Origin: Leucobacter soli
GTDB lineage: Bacteria; Actinomycetota; Actinomycetes; Actinomycetales; Microbacteriaceae
Reading direction: 5' to 3'
Assembly (NCBI GenBank): GCA_040392345.1
Contig: JBEBWI010000001.1
Location: 19,181-83,180 of the forward strand
Length of the DNA stretch: 64,000 nt
The notes beneath the pieces are model-generated. The model searched no databases, was not told where the DNA came from, and saw nothing but the letters and a program-made list of their open reading frames with translations. Positions within the stretch are counted from its first letter, which is position 1. Every line of letters starts with the position of its first letter. Below are positions 29,139-39,088 of this stretch, piece after piece. Both the position numbers and the translations under genes were made by a program.

Positions 29139-30918
29139 CACGAACGACCTTCCCCTCCGGCGACTCGTATGCTTCACGCGGATCCGCCTCGGCCAGCGTC
29201 GAGGCGAGCAGGCCGCGCGTGTACTCGGCGCGCGGGGCGGCATACACCTCATCGATCTGCCCCGCCTCGACGACGGCGCCCTGATGCAGCACCACCACAC
29301 GATCGCAGATATCCGCGGCAACCCCGAGGTCGTGCGTCACGAGAAGCATCGCCAACCCTCTGGTCTGCTGCAATGAACGCAGCAGGTCGAGCACCTCGGC
29401 CTGCACGGTGACGTCGAGCGCCGTGGTCGGCTCGTCGGCGATCAGGAGCACCGGGTCCATCGACAGCGCCCCGGCGATGAGCACGCGCTGCGCCATGCCG
29501 CCGGAGATCTCGTGGGGGTAGGAGCGCATCACCTTCTCGGGGTCGTTGATTCGCACCGCCCCGAGCAGTTCGATCGCCCGCTCCCGGGCCGCTGCCCGAG
29601 AGAACCCGCGCACCACCCGCAGAGGCTCGGTCAGCTGGAAGCCGATCGTGAACGAGGGGTCGAGATTCGGGATGGGATCCTGCGGCACGTATGCGATGCC
29701 GTCGGTCAAGACCCTCCGCGCCTGGCGTCGGCTGAGCCCGACCAGCTGCTGACCCCGGAACCGGATGCTCCCACCCGAGATCCGCGCGACCTCGGGAAGC
29801 AGCCCGGCGATCGAGAAGGCGATCTGCGATTTGCCCGAGCCCGACTCGCCGACGAGTCCGACGACCTCACCCTCGCGCACGCTGAGGCTCACCCCGCGCA
29901 CGACGGCCAGCGCTCCTCCGTGCGGGTCCGGGTACTCCACGGTCAGGTTGCGAACATCGAGAAACGCCTCATCGCCGACCTCCTCGAGCGAGCCGCCGTG
30001 CCCCGTGTCGTGCACCTCGGCGAGAAGCGCGCGACGGCCCCGCACCCGTGGCGGCGCACCCCGCGGGTCGAGCGCATCGCGCAGCGCGTTGCCGAGAACG
30101 ATGAGCGATGCGGTCATGAGGCCGAGGAACAGTGCGGGCCAGAGCATGAGCTGCGGGGCGGTGTAGACGAGGGCGAAACTGTCGGCCAGCATGCCGCCCC
30201 ACGTCACCGTGCCGCTTCCCAGCCCGAGGAAGTTCAGCGCAGCCTGCACGCCGACCGCCATGCCCGCCACCATCATCGCCTGAATGATCAGAGGCGCGCG
30301 AACGGCGCGGAGCAGGTGCCTTCCGAGAATGCGCGCGTCAGACAGCCCCGAGACCTTGGCCGCCTCCACGAAGGGTTCCGCGGCGACATCGCGCACGGTG
30401 GAGCGCACGAGCTGGTGGATCATCGGTGAGATCAGCAGACCGAACACCGCCATGATGATCAGGATCGACGGGCCGACCACGGCGCGCAGCGCGAGCAGCA
30501 CGACCAGGGCGGGGAGCGCCATCATGAGCGAGGCCGCCCACGAGGAGACGGTATCGATGGGCCCTGCGAAGTAGCCGGCGAGCAAGCCGCTGGCGCCTCC
30601 GACGACCAGCGAGATCGCGAGCACCAGCGCGGCGCCTGCCAGCGTCAAGCGCCCGCCGTGCAGCAGGCGCGACCAGATGTCCCTGCCGATCTCGTCGGTG
30701 CCCAGCGGGTGGGCGAGGCTCGGCCCCTGCAGCGCGTTCGAGAGATCGGTCGCGGTCGGGCTGATCGAGGTGAACAGATCTGCGAACACCACGAGAAGCG
30801 CGATGACGAGCACAATGACCGCGGAGATCACCGCGAGCGGGTTGCGAAGCAGGCGGTGCAGCGCGGAGTCCTTGTGCTGGCGTCGCGTCAGGAGCAGCTC
30901 CGTTGTTGGCGCGTTCAT
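29131..30918 (-). CDS. Fused DppC permease-DppD ATPase (module 1)
   Basis: LGTDEIGRD and EAA loop followed in frame by GESGSGKS, ISGGMAQR. Confidence 0.92.
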   Translation of the reverse strand: MNAPTTELLLTRRQHKDSALHRLLRNPLAVISAVIVLVIALLVVFADLFTSISPTATDLSNALQGPSLAHPLGTDEIGRDIWSRLLHGGRLTLAGAALVLAISLVVGGASGLLAGYFAGPIDTVSSWAASLMMALPALVVLLALRAVVGPSILIIMAVFGLLISPMIHQLVRSTVRDVAAEPFVEAAKVSGLSDARILGRHLLRAVRAPLIIQAMMVAGMAVGVQAALNFLGLGSGTVTWGGMLADSFALVYTAPQLMLWPALFLGLMTASLIVLGNALRDALDPRGAPPRVRGRRALLAEVHDTGHGGSLEEVGDEAFLDVRNLTVEYPDPHGGALAVVRGVSLSVREGEVVGLVGESGSGKSQIAFSIAGLLPEVARISGGSIRFRGQQLVGLSRRQARRVLTDGIAYVPQDPIPNLDPSFTIGFQLTEPLRVVRGFSRAAARERAIELLGAVRINDPEKVMRSYPHEISGGMAQRVLIAGALSMDPVLLIADEPTTALDVTVQAEVLDLLRSLQQTRGLAMLLVTHDLGVAADICDRVVVLHQGAVVEAGQIDEVYAAPRAEYTRGLLASTLAEADPREAYESPEGKVVRDA

Positions 30919-31856
30919 CGGGTCTTCACCTTCGGGTTGAGCCAGGCGTTCGCCAGGTCGAGCAGCAGATTGACGATGACGACCATCGTGACCATCAGCG
31001 TGACCACTCCCATGACCATCGGGATGTCGCCGCTGGCGGTCGACGACACCGCCAGCCGCCCGATCCCGGGGAGCGCGAAGATCTCCTCGACCACCACCGC
31101 GCCGGAGAGCATCCCGACGAACTGCAGCGAGAGCACCGTCAGTGCGGCCGGAGCGGCGTTGCGCAGCAGGTGGATCAGCAGCAGACGACGTGGCGGGATG
31201 GCGCGACTTCGCAGCGTGCGCACGTACTCCCGATGCCCCAGGTCGATCATGGCGCTGCGCAACTGCATCGCGGCACCCGAGATTCCCGCGATCGAGATCG
31301 CCGCCACCGGAAGCATGAGAGACGAGGCCCACCCCAGCAGATCCTGGTCGGGCCGCACGTACCCGGTGGCCGGGAACCACCGAAGCGTCACTGCGAAAAC
31401 CGTGATCAGCACCAGTGCCACCCAGAACCCGGGCAGCGCGGTGCCGAACACGGCGACCACCTGAAGCAGCCGATCGACCCACCCGCGCTTGACCGCGGCG
31501 GTGACACCGAGCACCACGGCGAGCAGACCGGAGACCACGATCGAGATCAGCACGATCGAGAGCGTCACCCCGGCGCGCTGCATGACGGCATCGGCGACCT
31601 CCTGCTGAGTGAGATAGGAGGTCCCGAGATCGCCCCGCAGCGCGCCGAGCACCCACTGCTGGAACTGCACGGGGATCGGCTGGTCGAGCCCCAACTCGGC
31701 CATCTTCGCCTGCACCTGGTCTTCTGTGGCGTTTCCGCCGAGAATCGTGCGCGCCACATTCGCCCCGCTCAACGACAGCATCACGAAGACGATGCTGACG
31801 GTCGCCACGAGCAGCACGACACCGGCTCCGAGCCGTTTGGCGAGATAGACGAACAT
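30915..31856 (-). CDS. DppB-type permease (module 1)
   Basis: LGLDQP, GDLGTS, HLLRNA, FALPGIG. Confidence 0.92.
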   Translation of the reverse strand: MFVYLAKRLGAGVVLLVATVSIVFVMLSLSGANVARTILGGNATEDQVQAKMAELGLDQPIPVQFQQWVLGALRGDLGTSYLTQQEVADAVMQRAGVTLSIVLISIVVSGLLAVVLGVTAAVKRGWVDRLLQVVAVFGTALPGFWVALVLITVFAVTLRWFPATGYVRPDQDLLGWASSLMLPVAAISIAGISGAAMQLRSAMIDLGHREYVRTLRSRAIPPRRLLLIHLLRNAAPAALTVLSLQFVGMLSGAVVVEEIFALPGIGRLAVSSTASGDIPMVMGVVTLMVTMVVIVNLLLDLANAWLNPKVKTR

Positions 31857-31896
31857 GCGGGCTTCCAATCAGAGAGCTGCGAGCTTCTGCGCGCGA

Positions 31897-33423
31897 TTAC
31901 TTCGCCGGGGAGAAGTTGTAGATCGACGGCACCTGAGCCTGCGGCTGCAGCGCGACCGTCACGGAATCATCGCTCAGGTACACGCCGTCCTCGCGGAAGA
32001 ACGGTGCGATCCACGCTTCTTCGACCAGGTGTTCGTTCAGCGATTGGAACGCCGCCGCCTGATCCGCATCGGTCGAAGTACGAATGGCTTCGAGCAACGA
32101 GGCAACCTCGTCGTCCGAGGAGTGGAAGGGGTTGAAGGCCGCCTCGGGCAGCACGTACTGCGCCACCGACTGCCACGCCGTGCCTTGGTAGTTCGAGTTC
32201 AGAGCGATCGCGTAGCCGCCCGACATCGTCTTGCCGATCATGTCGGGAATCGGCAGCGCCTCGAGCGTGACACGGATGCCCACGGCCTGGAGCTGCTCGG
32301 TTACGGCCGCGAACAGCGATTCGCCGAAGATCACACTGAAATCGGGCAGTGTCACCTCGAATCCCTCGGCGTATCCAGCCGCCGCGAGCAGTTCTTCGGC
32401 CCGTTCCGGGTCGTAAGGGTATGCGCCATCGAGATCGGCGACGAATGCCTCGGAATCCTCACCGAACAGCTGCGAGGTCGCGACGCCCCGGCCTTCGCGA
32501 AGCGTGCTGAGCAGTGCCTCGCCGTCGATCGCGTAGTTGACCGCCTGCCGCACCCTGACATCGCCGAGAGCCGGCACGACCGCTCCCTCGCGGTCGAAGA
32601 TCACGAGTCCGGTGAAGTTGAGCAGCTGCGTGTGCACGTTGAGCCCGCTCGATTCTGCCTCGGCGATCTGCGGAATCTCGACCATCGTGGCCTGGATCTG
32701 GCCCGACCGGATCGCGTTCATGCGCGCCGTCACGTCTTCGAGCGTCTTGATGACGATGGTGTCGTAGAGCGCGAGGTCTGGATCCCAGTAGTCGGGATTC
32801 GCCGTATACGTGTAGGTGTCGCCCGCGAGGGTGTTCGCCGCGTCGAGCACATACGGCCCGCTTCCCACCGGCGTCGTGGCCAGCGTGTCCGAATCGAGCG
32901 CACCAGGGCTCACGATCGTGCCGACGGTTCCCGAGAGCGCTACCAGCAGGCCCGGGTCCGGAGCGCTGAGGGCGATCTCGACGGTGTCGTCATCGACGGC
33001 GGTGACCGCTTCCACACTCGCGAGCGAGGACGCCTGCGGGCCGTTCGCGTCGCGGGTGCGCAACAGATTCTCGACCACGGCCTCGGCGTTGAACGCCACC
33101 CCATCGGTGAACGAGACTTCGTCGCGCAGTTCGAGCGTCAGCGTGGTCAACGAGTCGTCGTAGTTCCATTCCGTGGCCAGCATCGGCACCAGCTCGAGGT
33201 CGGCGGTGCGCCGGATGAGCGTGTCGTACACGGGTTGAAGGTACTGGTCCAGGCTGCCCGACGTCACCGTGGCGGGGTCGAAGCCGGGAAGCGCCGACGG
33301 ATTCGCGATCGTCAGCGTTTCGGTCTCGGCACCGGTGCCCGTCTGACCCGCGCAACCGCTGAGCATCAGGGTGGCTGCGACGATTGCAACGGCGCCTGAT
33401 TTCATTCTTCTCTGACCGGACAT
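31897..33423 (-). CDS. Family 5 ABC substrate-binding lipoprotein (module 1)
   Basis: LSGC lipobox; YDTL, LRDEVSFTDG, GSGPY. Confidence 0.92.
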   Translation of the reverse strand: MSGQRRMKSGAVAIVAATLMLSGCAGQTGTGAETETLTIANPSALPGFDPATVTSGSLDQYLQPVYDTLIRRTADLELVPMLATEWNYDDSLTTLTLELRDEVSFTDGVAFNAEAVVENLLRTRDANGPQASSLASVEAVTAVDDDTVEIALSAPDPGLLVALSGTVGTIVSPGALDSDTLATTPVGSGPYVLDAANTLAGDTYTYTANPDYWDPDLALYDTIVIKTLEDVTARMNAIRSGQIQATMVEIPQIAEAESSGLNVHTQLLNFTGLVIFDREGAVVPALGDVRVRQAVNYAIDGEALLSTLREGRGVATSQLFGEDSEAFVADLDGAYPYDPERAEELLAAAGYAEGFEVTLPDFSVIFGESLFAAVTEQLQAVGIRVTLEALPIPDMIGKTMSGGYAIALNSNYQGTAWQSVAQYVLPEAAFNPFHSSDDEVASLLEAIRTSTDADQAAAFQSLNEHLVEEAWIAPFFREDGVYLSDDSVTVALQPQAQVPSIYNFSPAK

Positions 33424-33513
33424 CTTCGTCCTCTCTACTCTCTCGTCATCGGGAAGGTCGTCGTAACGGGATGCGGATGAGCACACACTTCCGTGTCGAC
33501 CACCACAAACAAT

Positions 33514-33531
33514 AACCACAATTCTGATTCT
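33514..33531. promoter_or_regulatory. Second candidate TetR operator AACCACAATTCTGATTCT
   Basis: 16/18 identical to 27557-27574; upstream of the module 1 SBP. Confidence 0.55.
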
Positions 33532-33669
33532 GTTGTAGTGTTGCCGCAGATACGAACCATGAGCTTCAGCCATACCCGCGAGGAGTCGGTTTGGCGCACG
33601 CTCGAAGGTGGCGAGCGAGCGCGGAATAGACTGAGGCACCATCGACTCCCCAGGGAAAGGCGAAGAGGC

Positions 33670-34602
33670 TTGGCGAAGGCGAGGATCGATCTCAACCTGC
33701 TCGGGCCGCTCCGAGTGCTGCTCGAAGAAGCGAACGTCACCCGAGCCGGCGCGCGACTCGACATGCCGCAATCCTCCGCGAGCGCCATCCTCGCCCGGCT
33801 TCGCGCGGCACTCGACGACGAGCTGCTGGTGCAGGTCGGGCGCGATTTCGAGCTGACCCCGTTCGCACGCCGCCTGCTCCCTCGCCTGCAGCACGCCCTC
33901 CCCCTCGTCGAGCAGTCGCTCGGCAGGGAAGAGGTCTTCGACCCTGCCACCTCGACACGCAGCTTCACAGTCACCTTCTCCGACCACGCGATCATCGAGT
34001 GGAAGCCGGCGATCACCGCTGTGCTCGACCGCGCGCCGGGGTTGCGCGTGCAGTTCGAACAGCTGCCGACCTGGCAGGAGCACGCTCGCAAGAATCCGAT
34101 CCGGTCCGATTTCTTCGCGGTGCCGCCCGAGCTCGCACCCGAAGGCATGGTCAGGGGCGCGCTCCTGCAGGATCACTACGTGTGCGTCATCGATCGCTCG
34201 CACCCGGGGCTCGTCGAGGGAGCGATCTCCCTCGACGGGTTCATGAGCTTCCCGCATGTCCGCACCGACTTCGGCACCGCGCACATCTCGGCCGTCGAGC
34301 AACGGCTCAATGCCCTGCACCTGTTTCCCGAGTACCGCGCAGCAGCATCCACCGTGCTCGCTCTGCCTTCGATGGTGGTCGGCACCCGGCTCATCGCGAC
34401 GATGCCGTCGCGACTGGCCGAACTGGTGCGCGATCGGGGCAGCACCGTGGTCGCCCCCACGCCGTTCGGAGAGGTGCTCCTGTACGAGCAGTTGGGCTGG
34501 CATCAGTCGCGGAACCAGGATCCCGGACATCGTTGGTTCAGGGAGGCGTTGATCGAGGCCTGGGAGACGCAGCGCTCCCGCGTGGCGGAAGGGATCCGGT
34601 AA
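33670..34602 (+). CDS. LysR regulator (type A, pair 1)
   Basis: IDLNLLGPLRVLLEEANVTRAG; TTG start inferred. Confidence 0.9.
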   Translation: MAKARIDLNLLGPLRVLLEEANVTRAGARLDMPQSSASAILARLRAALDDELLVQVGRDFELTPFARRLLPRLQHALPLVEQSLGREEVFDPATSTRSFTVTFSDHAIIEWKPAITAVLDRAPGLRVQFEQLPTWQEHARKNPIRSDFFAVPPELAPEGMVRGALLQDHYVCVIDRSHPGLVEGAISLDGFMSFPHVRTDFGTAHISAVEQRLNALHLFPEYRAAASTVLALPSMVVGTRLIATMPSRLAELVRDRGSTVVAPTPFGEVLLYEQLGWHQSRNQDPGHRWFREALIEAWETQRSRVAEGIR

Positions 34603-35540
34603 TGGGCGATCTCAAGGGCGTCGACGCGAATCTCATCGTCGTGCTCGACGCAGTGCTGCGCGAGCGCAATCTGACGCATGCCGGCCACTCGCTCGGAGTG
34701 ACCCAATCTGCCGTCAGCAACTCGGTCAAGAAGCTGCGCGCGGCACTCGACGACCGTCTGCTCGTGCGCTCGGGCCGCCAGTTCGAGCTCACCCCGAAGG
34801 CGGCAGCACTGCAGCCGCAGGTCGCCGAGGCACTGCTGCAGATCGACCGCGCGCTCGGTCTGCACGCACCGTTCGACCCGCTGGAGATGCCCCGCCGGTT
34901 CTACATCGCGACATCGGAGTATGCGATGGCGACCCTCACCGGCCCGCTCATGCAGGTGCTCGACGTCGAAGCTCCCGATGTGTCGGTCGACTTCAGCCCA
35001 CTGCCCCCGATGCATCCCGGCATCGGCCCGGCGGACCTGCTGAAATACGACCTCATGATCGCGGGAACGGGCAGCGGCCTGTTCGGCAAACGGCAAGCCC
35101 TGTACTCCGACGAGCTCGTCTGCGTCGTGAGTCGCGACAACCCGTGGCTGCGCGACGGCGCGCTGACCATCGAGGATCTCTCGTCGATGCGGCACGTGGT
35201 GGCACCGCAAGGGCCGGCGGAGAACGCGCCGGACCCGATGCTCAGGCTCGCAGAGCTCGGCGTGGAGGCGCATGCGGCGATCTCGATCGGCAACTTCGTG
35301 CCGGTGCCCGCCATCATCTCGGGGACCCCACTCGTCGGCTTCGTGCCGCGGCGGCTGGCCGAGCAGTACGCGGCGCCGCTCGACCTGGTGATCGCCGACA
35401 CGCCCCTCACGACTCCGATCGTCGTGGAATCCGCCTATTGGCACCCGTCCAAGACGGGCGACCCCGCTGTGCAGTGGCTGCTCACGGTGCTGCGCAGAAC
35501 CGCGGAACTGATCGAGTTCGGAACCCAGGAGTGGCCGTAG
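34602..35540 (+). CDS. LysR regulator (type B, pair 1)
   Basis: VDANLIVVLDAVLRERNLTHAG; TAATG overlap. Confidence 0.92.
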   Translation: MGDLKGVDANLIVVLDAVLRERNLTHAGHSLGVTQSAVSNSVKKLRAALDDRLLVRSGRQFELTPKAAALQPQVAEALLQIDRALGLHAPFDPLEMPRRFYIATSEYAMATLTGPLMQVLDVEAPDVSVDFSPLPPMHPGIGPADLLKYDLMIAGTGSGLFGKRQALYSDELVCVVSRDNPWLRDGALTIEDLSSMRHVVAPQGPAENAPDPMLRLAELGVEAHAAISIGNFVPVPAIISGTPLVGFVPRRLAEQYAAPLDLVIADTPLTTPIVVESAYWHPSKTGDPAVQWLLTVLRRTAELIEFGTQEWP

Positions 35541-35542
35541 TA

Positions 35543-35599
35543 GAACGGTGAACGGGTTCGTCGGCTCCAACACGAAGCCGACGAACCCGTTCACCGTTC
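35543..35599. terminator. 24-bp perfect inverted repeat, probable bidirectional terminator
   Basis: GAACGGTGAACGGGTTCGTCGGCT, 9-nt loop, then its reverse complement; between convergent genes. Confidence 0.75.
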
Positions 35600-35631
35600 C
35601 AATCGCCGCCGCGAAGCGGCGCGCACCGGTA

Positions 35632-36285
35632 TCAGTACCGATGCTCCTCCTCGAAGCTCGCGTAGGGCGCCGGAGGCGCCGGCTCGTTCACATACACGCG
35701 ATCCTGCGCATACATCCAGTACGTCGTCGGCGGCTTGTCGGGCAGGAACTCATCGGGCATCGGAGGCGCCCCGTGCTCCATCGAGTTCTCGGTCCACGGC
35801 GTGCCGTACGGGGTCATGAACAGCCCATAGACGTGCAGATGCCAGATCTTCCACACCCCGTTCTCGCGAATGAAGTCCACACCGTACTTGCACCACGCCC
35901 AGAACGCCTCGTTCGAGTCGCTGACGAACGACATCGATTCGAGGCCCGGCGAGATCCAGGTCCCTCTCGCGGTCTGCAGATCATCGGCGACCTCGACGAC
36001 CTGGGTCGTCATGAGGTGCATGTGCATCTTGCCCTTCATATCCCCGTCGGTCCAGACATGGAACCCGGGGTACAGTCGGCGCAGGCTCTCCGGCCCCTCG
36101 TACACCCCCCACATCATCTCCGCGCTCACATCATCGCGCGACATCGCGAAGAGGTCGAGGCACTCCTCATGCATGTTCGCGGTATGCCAGTACGAATACC
36201 GGCCCATCAGATTCTCGATGTCACGGGTGGCTTCGAGCTTCGCGAGTCGAGCCTCCGTGGAGAGTTCAACCGTGGTGTTCGTCAT
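35632..36285 (-). CDS. NTF2/SnoaL-like protein, copy 1
   Basis: IENLMGRY, HLMTTQVVEV, ARGTW, KYGVDFIRENGVWKIWH. Confidence 0.85.
   Translation of the reverse strand: MTNTTVELSTEARLAKLEATRDIENLMGRYSYWHTANMHEECLDLFAMSRDDVSAEMMWGVYEGPESLRRLYPGFHVWTDGDMKGKMHMHLMTTQVVEVADDLQTARGTWISPGLESMSFVSDSNEAFWAWCKYGVDFIRENGVWKIWHLHVYGLFMTPYGTPWTENSMEHGAPPMPDEFLPDKPPTTYWMYAQDRVYVNEPAPPAPYASFEEEHRY
35653..36209. repeat. 557-bp direct repeat, copy 1 (copy 2 at 47374-47930)
   Basis: Aligned by eye: two mismatches, both synonymous. Confidence 0.92.
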
Positions 36286-37136
36286 GCGTTTCCTTTCTCT
36301 GAAATCTCTGCGGCGAGGTCTGCGCGCGCTCCCACGAGACGCATCTCCCGCCGTTCCCGCTGCTCCTGCGGATCGGGGCTGAGGATCGCCGACACGAGTC
36401 GGCGGGTGTACGGATCCTGCGGCGAGCGCATGACCTGGTCCGCAGGCCCCGTCTCGACCAGCTCGCCACGATGCAGCACCGCGAAGTCATCCGCGATGAA
36501 CTGCACGACCTCGAGGTTGTGCCCGATGAACAGGTACGAGATGTCGAGCGTGTCCTGCAGATCGCGCAGCAGGTTCAGCACCTGCGCCTGCACCGAGAGG
36601 TCGAGCGCGCTCACCGCCTCGTCGCAGATCACGAGTCGTGGGGAGCTCATGAGCGATCGGGCGATCGCGATGCGCTGCCGCTGGCCTCCGGAGAAGCCCG
36701 ACACGAACCTCTTGCCCGCCGAGGCCGGCAGGCCGACTCGATCCAGCATCTCCGCACTGCGCACCCGGGCGTCCTTGCGCCTCCAGCCCTGAGCCTCGAG
36801 CGGTTCCGTCAGGATCTCCTCGATCGTCACTGCGGGGTTGAGCGAGCTGTACGGGTCTTGGAACACCACCTGCAGGTCGGCGGCGACGGCGCGACGACCG
36901 CGCCGGTCGAGCTGGCCGATCTCCCGTCCGTCCAAGCGGATGCTGCCGCCCAGCACGGGGGCGAGGCCCACGATCGCGCGACCGATCGTGGATTTCCCCG
37001 ACCCGGACTCGCCGACGAGCCCCAGCGTCTTCCCCTGCTCGATCCTGAAGGAGACGTCCCGCACGATCTGCGTGGTCTTGCGTCCCCTCCCATAGCCGAC
37101 GTCGAGATGCTCGACTTCCAGTACCGGTGCGGTCAT
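36282..37136 (-). CDS. DppF-type ABC ATPase (module 2)
   Basis: GESGSGKST, FSGGQRQR. Confidence 0.92.
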   Translation of the reverse strand: MTAPVLEVEHLDVGYGRGRKTTQIVRDVSFRIEQGKTLGLVGESGSGKSTIGRAIVGLAPVLGGSIRLDGREIGQLDRRGRRAVAADLQVVFQDPYSSLNPAVTIEEILTEPLEAQGWRRKDARVRSAEMLDRVGLPASAGKRFVSGFSGGQRQRIAIARSLMSSPRLVICDEAVSALDLSVQAQVLNLLRDLQDTLDISYLFIGHNLEVVQFIADDFAVLHRGELVETGPADQVMRSPQDPYTRRLVSAILSPDPQEQRERREMRLVGARADLAAEISEKGNA

Positions 37137-39088
37137 CGCGCACCTCCCCTCACCAGATCCCGGCTCCAGATGTCGCGCTCCACCTGATCCACTCGCAGGC
37201 AACGGCTCGTTCCGCCGTCCGGCGACTGCACCAGCGGCACGGGCCCCTGCCCGCACACCTCGACCGCGAGTGGGCATCGGGATTGGAACCTGCAGCCGGT
37301 AGACCATTCGCTCGGCAGCGGAATCGTGCCCGGAATCGACGGCAGCCGAGTCGCACCGCCGGCGACTCCACTGGGATTCGAAGCCAGCAGCCCGGCGGTG
37401 TACGGGTGCGCCGGGCGATGGAACAACGCATCGGTCGCGGACTGCTCGACCACCTGCCCCGCATACATCACGACCGCTCGATCGCACAGGTCGGAGACCA
37501 CGCCCCAGTCGTGGGTCACGATGAGGATCGAGAGGCCCTCGCTCGCACGCAGCTCTCGAAGCAGGTCCAGCACCTCCGCCTGCACGGTGACGTCGAGAGC
37601 GGTCGTCGGCTCGTCTGCGATCAGGAGCTTCGGCGATCCGGCCAGCGCTCGAGCGATGGCGATCCGCTGCGCCATGCCACCCGATATCTCGTGCGGGTAC
37701 AGCCGGAGCACCCGCTCGGGGTCGGGGAATCGCACCCGCGCCAGCAGCTCGCGAGCGCGCGCTCGAGCCTCACGCCGCCCCGACCCGGTGTGCAGGCGGA
37801 CTGCGTCCGTGAGCGTCGTGCCGATGCGTTGCGTAGGATCGAGCGCCACGAGCGGTTCCTGCGACACGAAGGCGAACGAGGTGCCGCGCAACTCCCGCAG
37901 CTCCCCGACGGTCGCCGTGGTGAGCTCGACGCCCTCGAAGCTCACGGCGCCGCCGCTCACGCCGCCGCCGCGCAGCAGCCCGAGCACCGCTCGCGCGAGT
38001 GTGGATTTGCCGCAGCCCGACTCGCCGACCAGTCCGACGATCTCTCCGGCGGCGATCTCGAAGCTCACACCGTCGACCACGGTCTGACCCTGCTCGACGC
38101 TTCCGTACTCGACCGAGAGTTCCCGCACCGAGAGCAACGAGGAACTCTCGGGCGCTGCGCCCGCGGCGTCGCCGGGGCTCCTGCGGCGCCTGATGCGGCT
38201 CGGTCGGGACGGCGTTCTCGCCCAGCGGGCCACCGAGGCGTCACGGATCGTGTCGCCCAGCAGGCCCAGGCAGAGCACCGTCACCCCCAGCACCCCGCCG
38301 GCCGCGAGCAGCAGGGCCGGGTTCTGCCGCGTGATCTGCGCGCCCTCGGCGATCAGCGTGCCCCAGGAGGGGTCGGGCGCGGAGACGCCGAACCCGAGGT
38401 ATGCGAGCCCCGACACGAAGATCAGGCCCATCGACGCGATGAGCGAGGCTTGCACGAGCACCGAGCCGACCAGTCGCGGCAGGATGTGCCGGAAGACGAT
38501 GCGGGTGTCGGAGAAGCCGGCGACGCGCGCGGCATCGATGAACAGTTCGGACCGGATCGCGATCGCGTTCGCGCGAATGATGCGGATCAACGGCGGCACC
38601 AGCAGGAGCCCGAGTGCGAGATATCCCATGATGACCTGATTGCCGAAGACGGCGAGCACGAGCAGCACGATGACCATCGAGGGGAGCGCCAGGCCGATAT
38701 CGACGATGCGCATCAGGAACTGGTCGATGCGGCCCCCACGGTACCCGGCCACCATGCCGAGGGGCACGCCGACCACCAGCGCGGTGCACGCGACGAGCAG
38801 CGCGGCGCCCAAGTCCGGGCGTCCGCCGTACAGCAGTCGGGAGAGCACGTCGCGCCCCAGCTGATCGGTACCGAGCCAGTGCTCGGCGCTCGGGCCGGCG
38901 AGACTGTTCGCCAGGTCGTTCGCGAGCGGGTCGTAGGGCGCCCAGACGCCGGCTCCCAGCACGGCGATGACGATGACCGCGAGCACGATCGCGGCGATCA
39001 CCGGCACGGGCTTCATCAGTGCCGCGACGAATGCGCTGCGGGGCTTCGCCGGATGCGGGACGGCGAGCACGCTGGTGTGAGTGGTCAT
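37133..39088 (-). CDS. Fused DppC permease-DppD ATPase (module 2)
   Basis: LGTDQLGRD then GESGCGKST, ISGGMAQR and a C-terminal GCRF..RC..C..C tail. Confidence 0.92.
   Translation of the reverse strand: MTTHTSVLAVPHPAKPRSAFVAALMKPVPVIAAIVLAVIVIAVLGAGVWAPYDPLANDLANSLAGPSAEHWLGTDQLGRDVLSRLLYGGRPDLGAALLVACTALVVGVPLGMVAGYRGGRIDQFLMRIVDIGLALPSMVIVLLVLAVFGNQVIMGYLALGLLLVPPLIRIIRANAIAIRSELFIDAARVAGFSDTRIVFRHILPRLVGSVLVQASLIASMGLIFVSGLAYLGFGVSAPDPSWGTLIAEGAQITRQNPALLLAAGGVLGVTVLCLGLLGDTIRDASVARWARTPSRPSRIRRRRSPGDAAGAAPESSSLLSVRELSVEYGSVEQGQTVVDGVSFEIAAGEIVGLVGESGCGKSTLARAVLGLLRGGGVSGGAVSFEGVELTTATVGELRELRGTSFAFVSQEPLVALDPTQRIGTTLTDAVRLHTGSGRREARARARELLARVRFPDPERVLRLYPHEISGGMAQRIAIARALAGSPKLLIADEPTTALDVTVQAEVLDLLRELRASEGLSILIVTHDWGVVSDLCDRAVVMYAGQVVEQSATDALFHRPAHPYTAGLLASNPSGVAGGATRLPSIPGTIPLPSEWSTGCRFQSRCPLAVEVCGQGPVPLVQSPDGGTSRCLRVDQVERDIWSRDLVRGGAR

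Noticed and set aside
35543-35599. 24-bp inverted repeat as IS or MITE ends; twin ORFs starting MNGFVG
   Set aside because: Only a 9-nt loop, no transposase or target duplication seen, and it lies between convergent genes; the twin starts are a by-product of the palindrome
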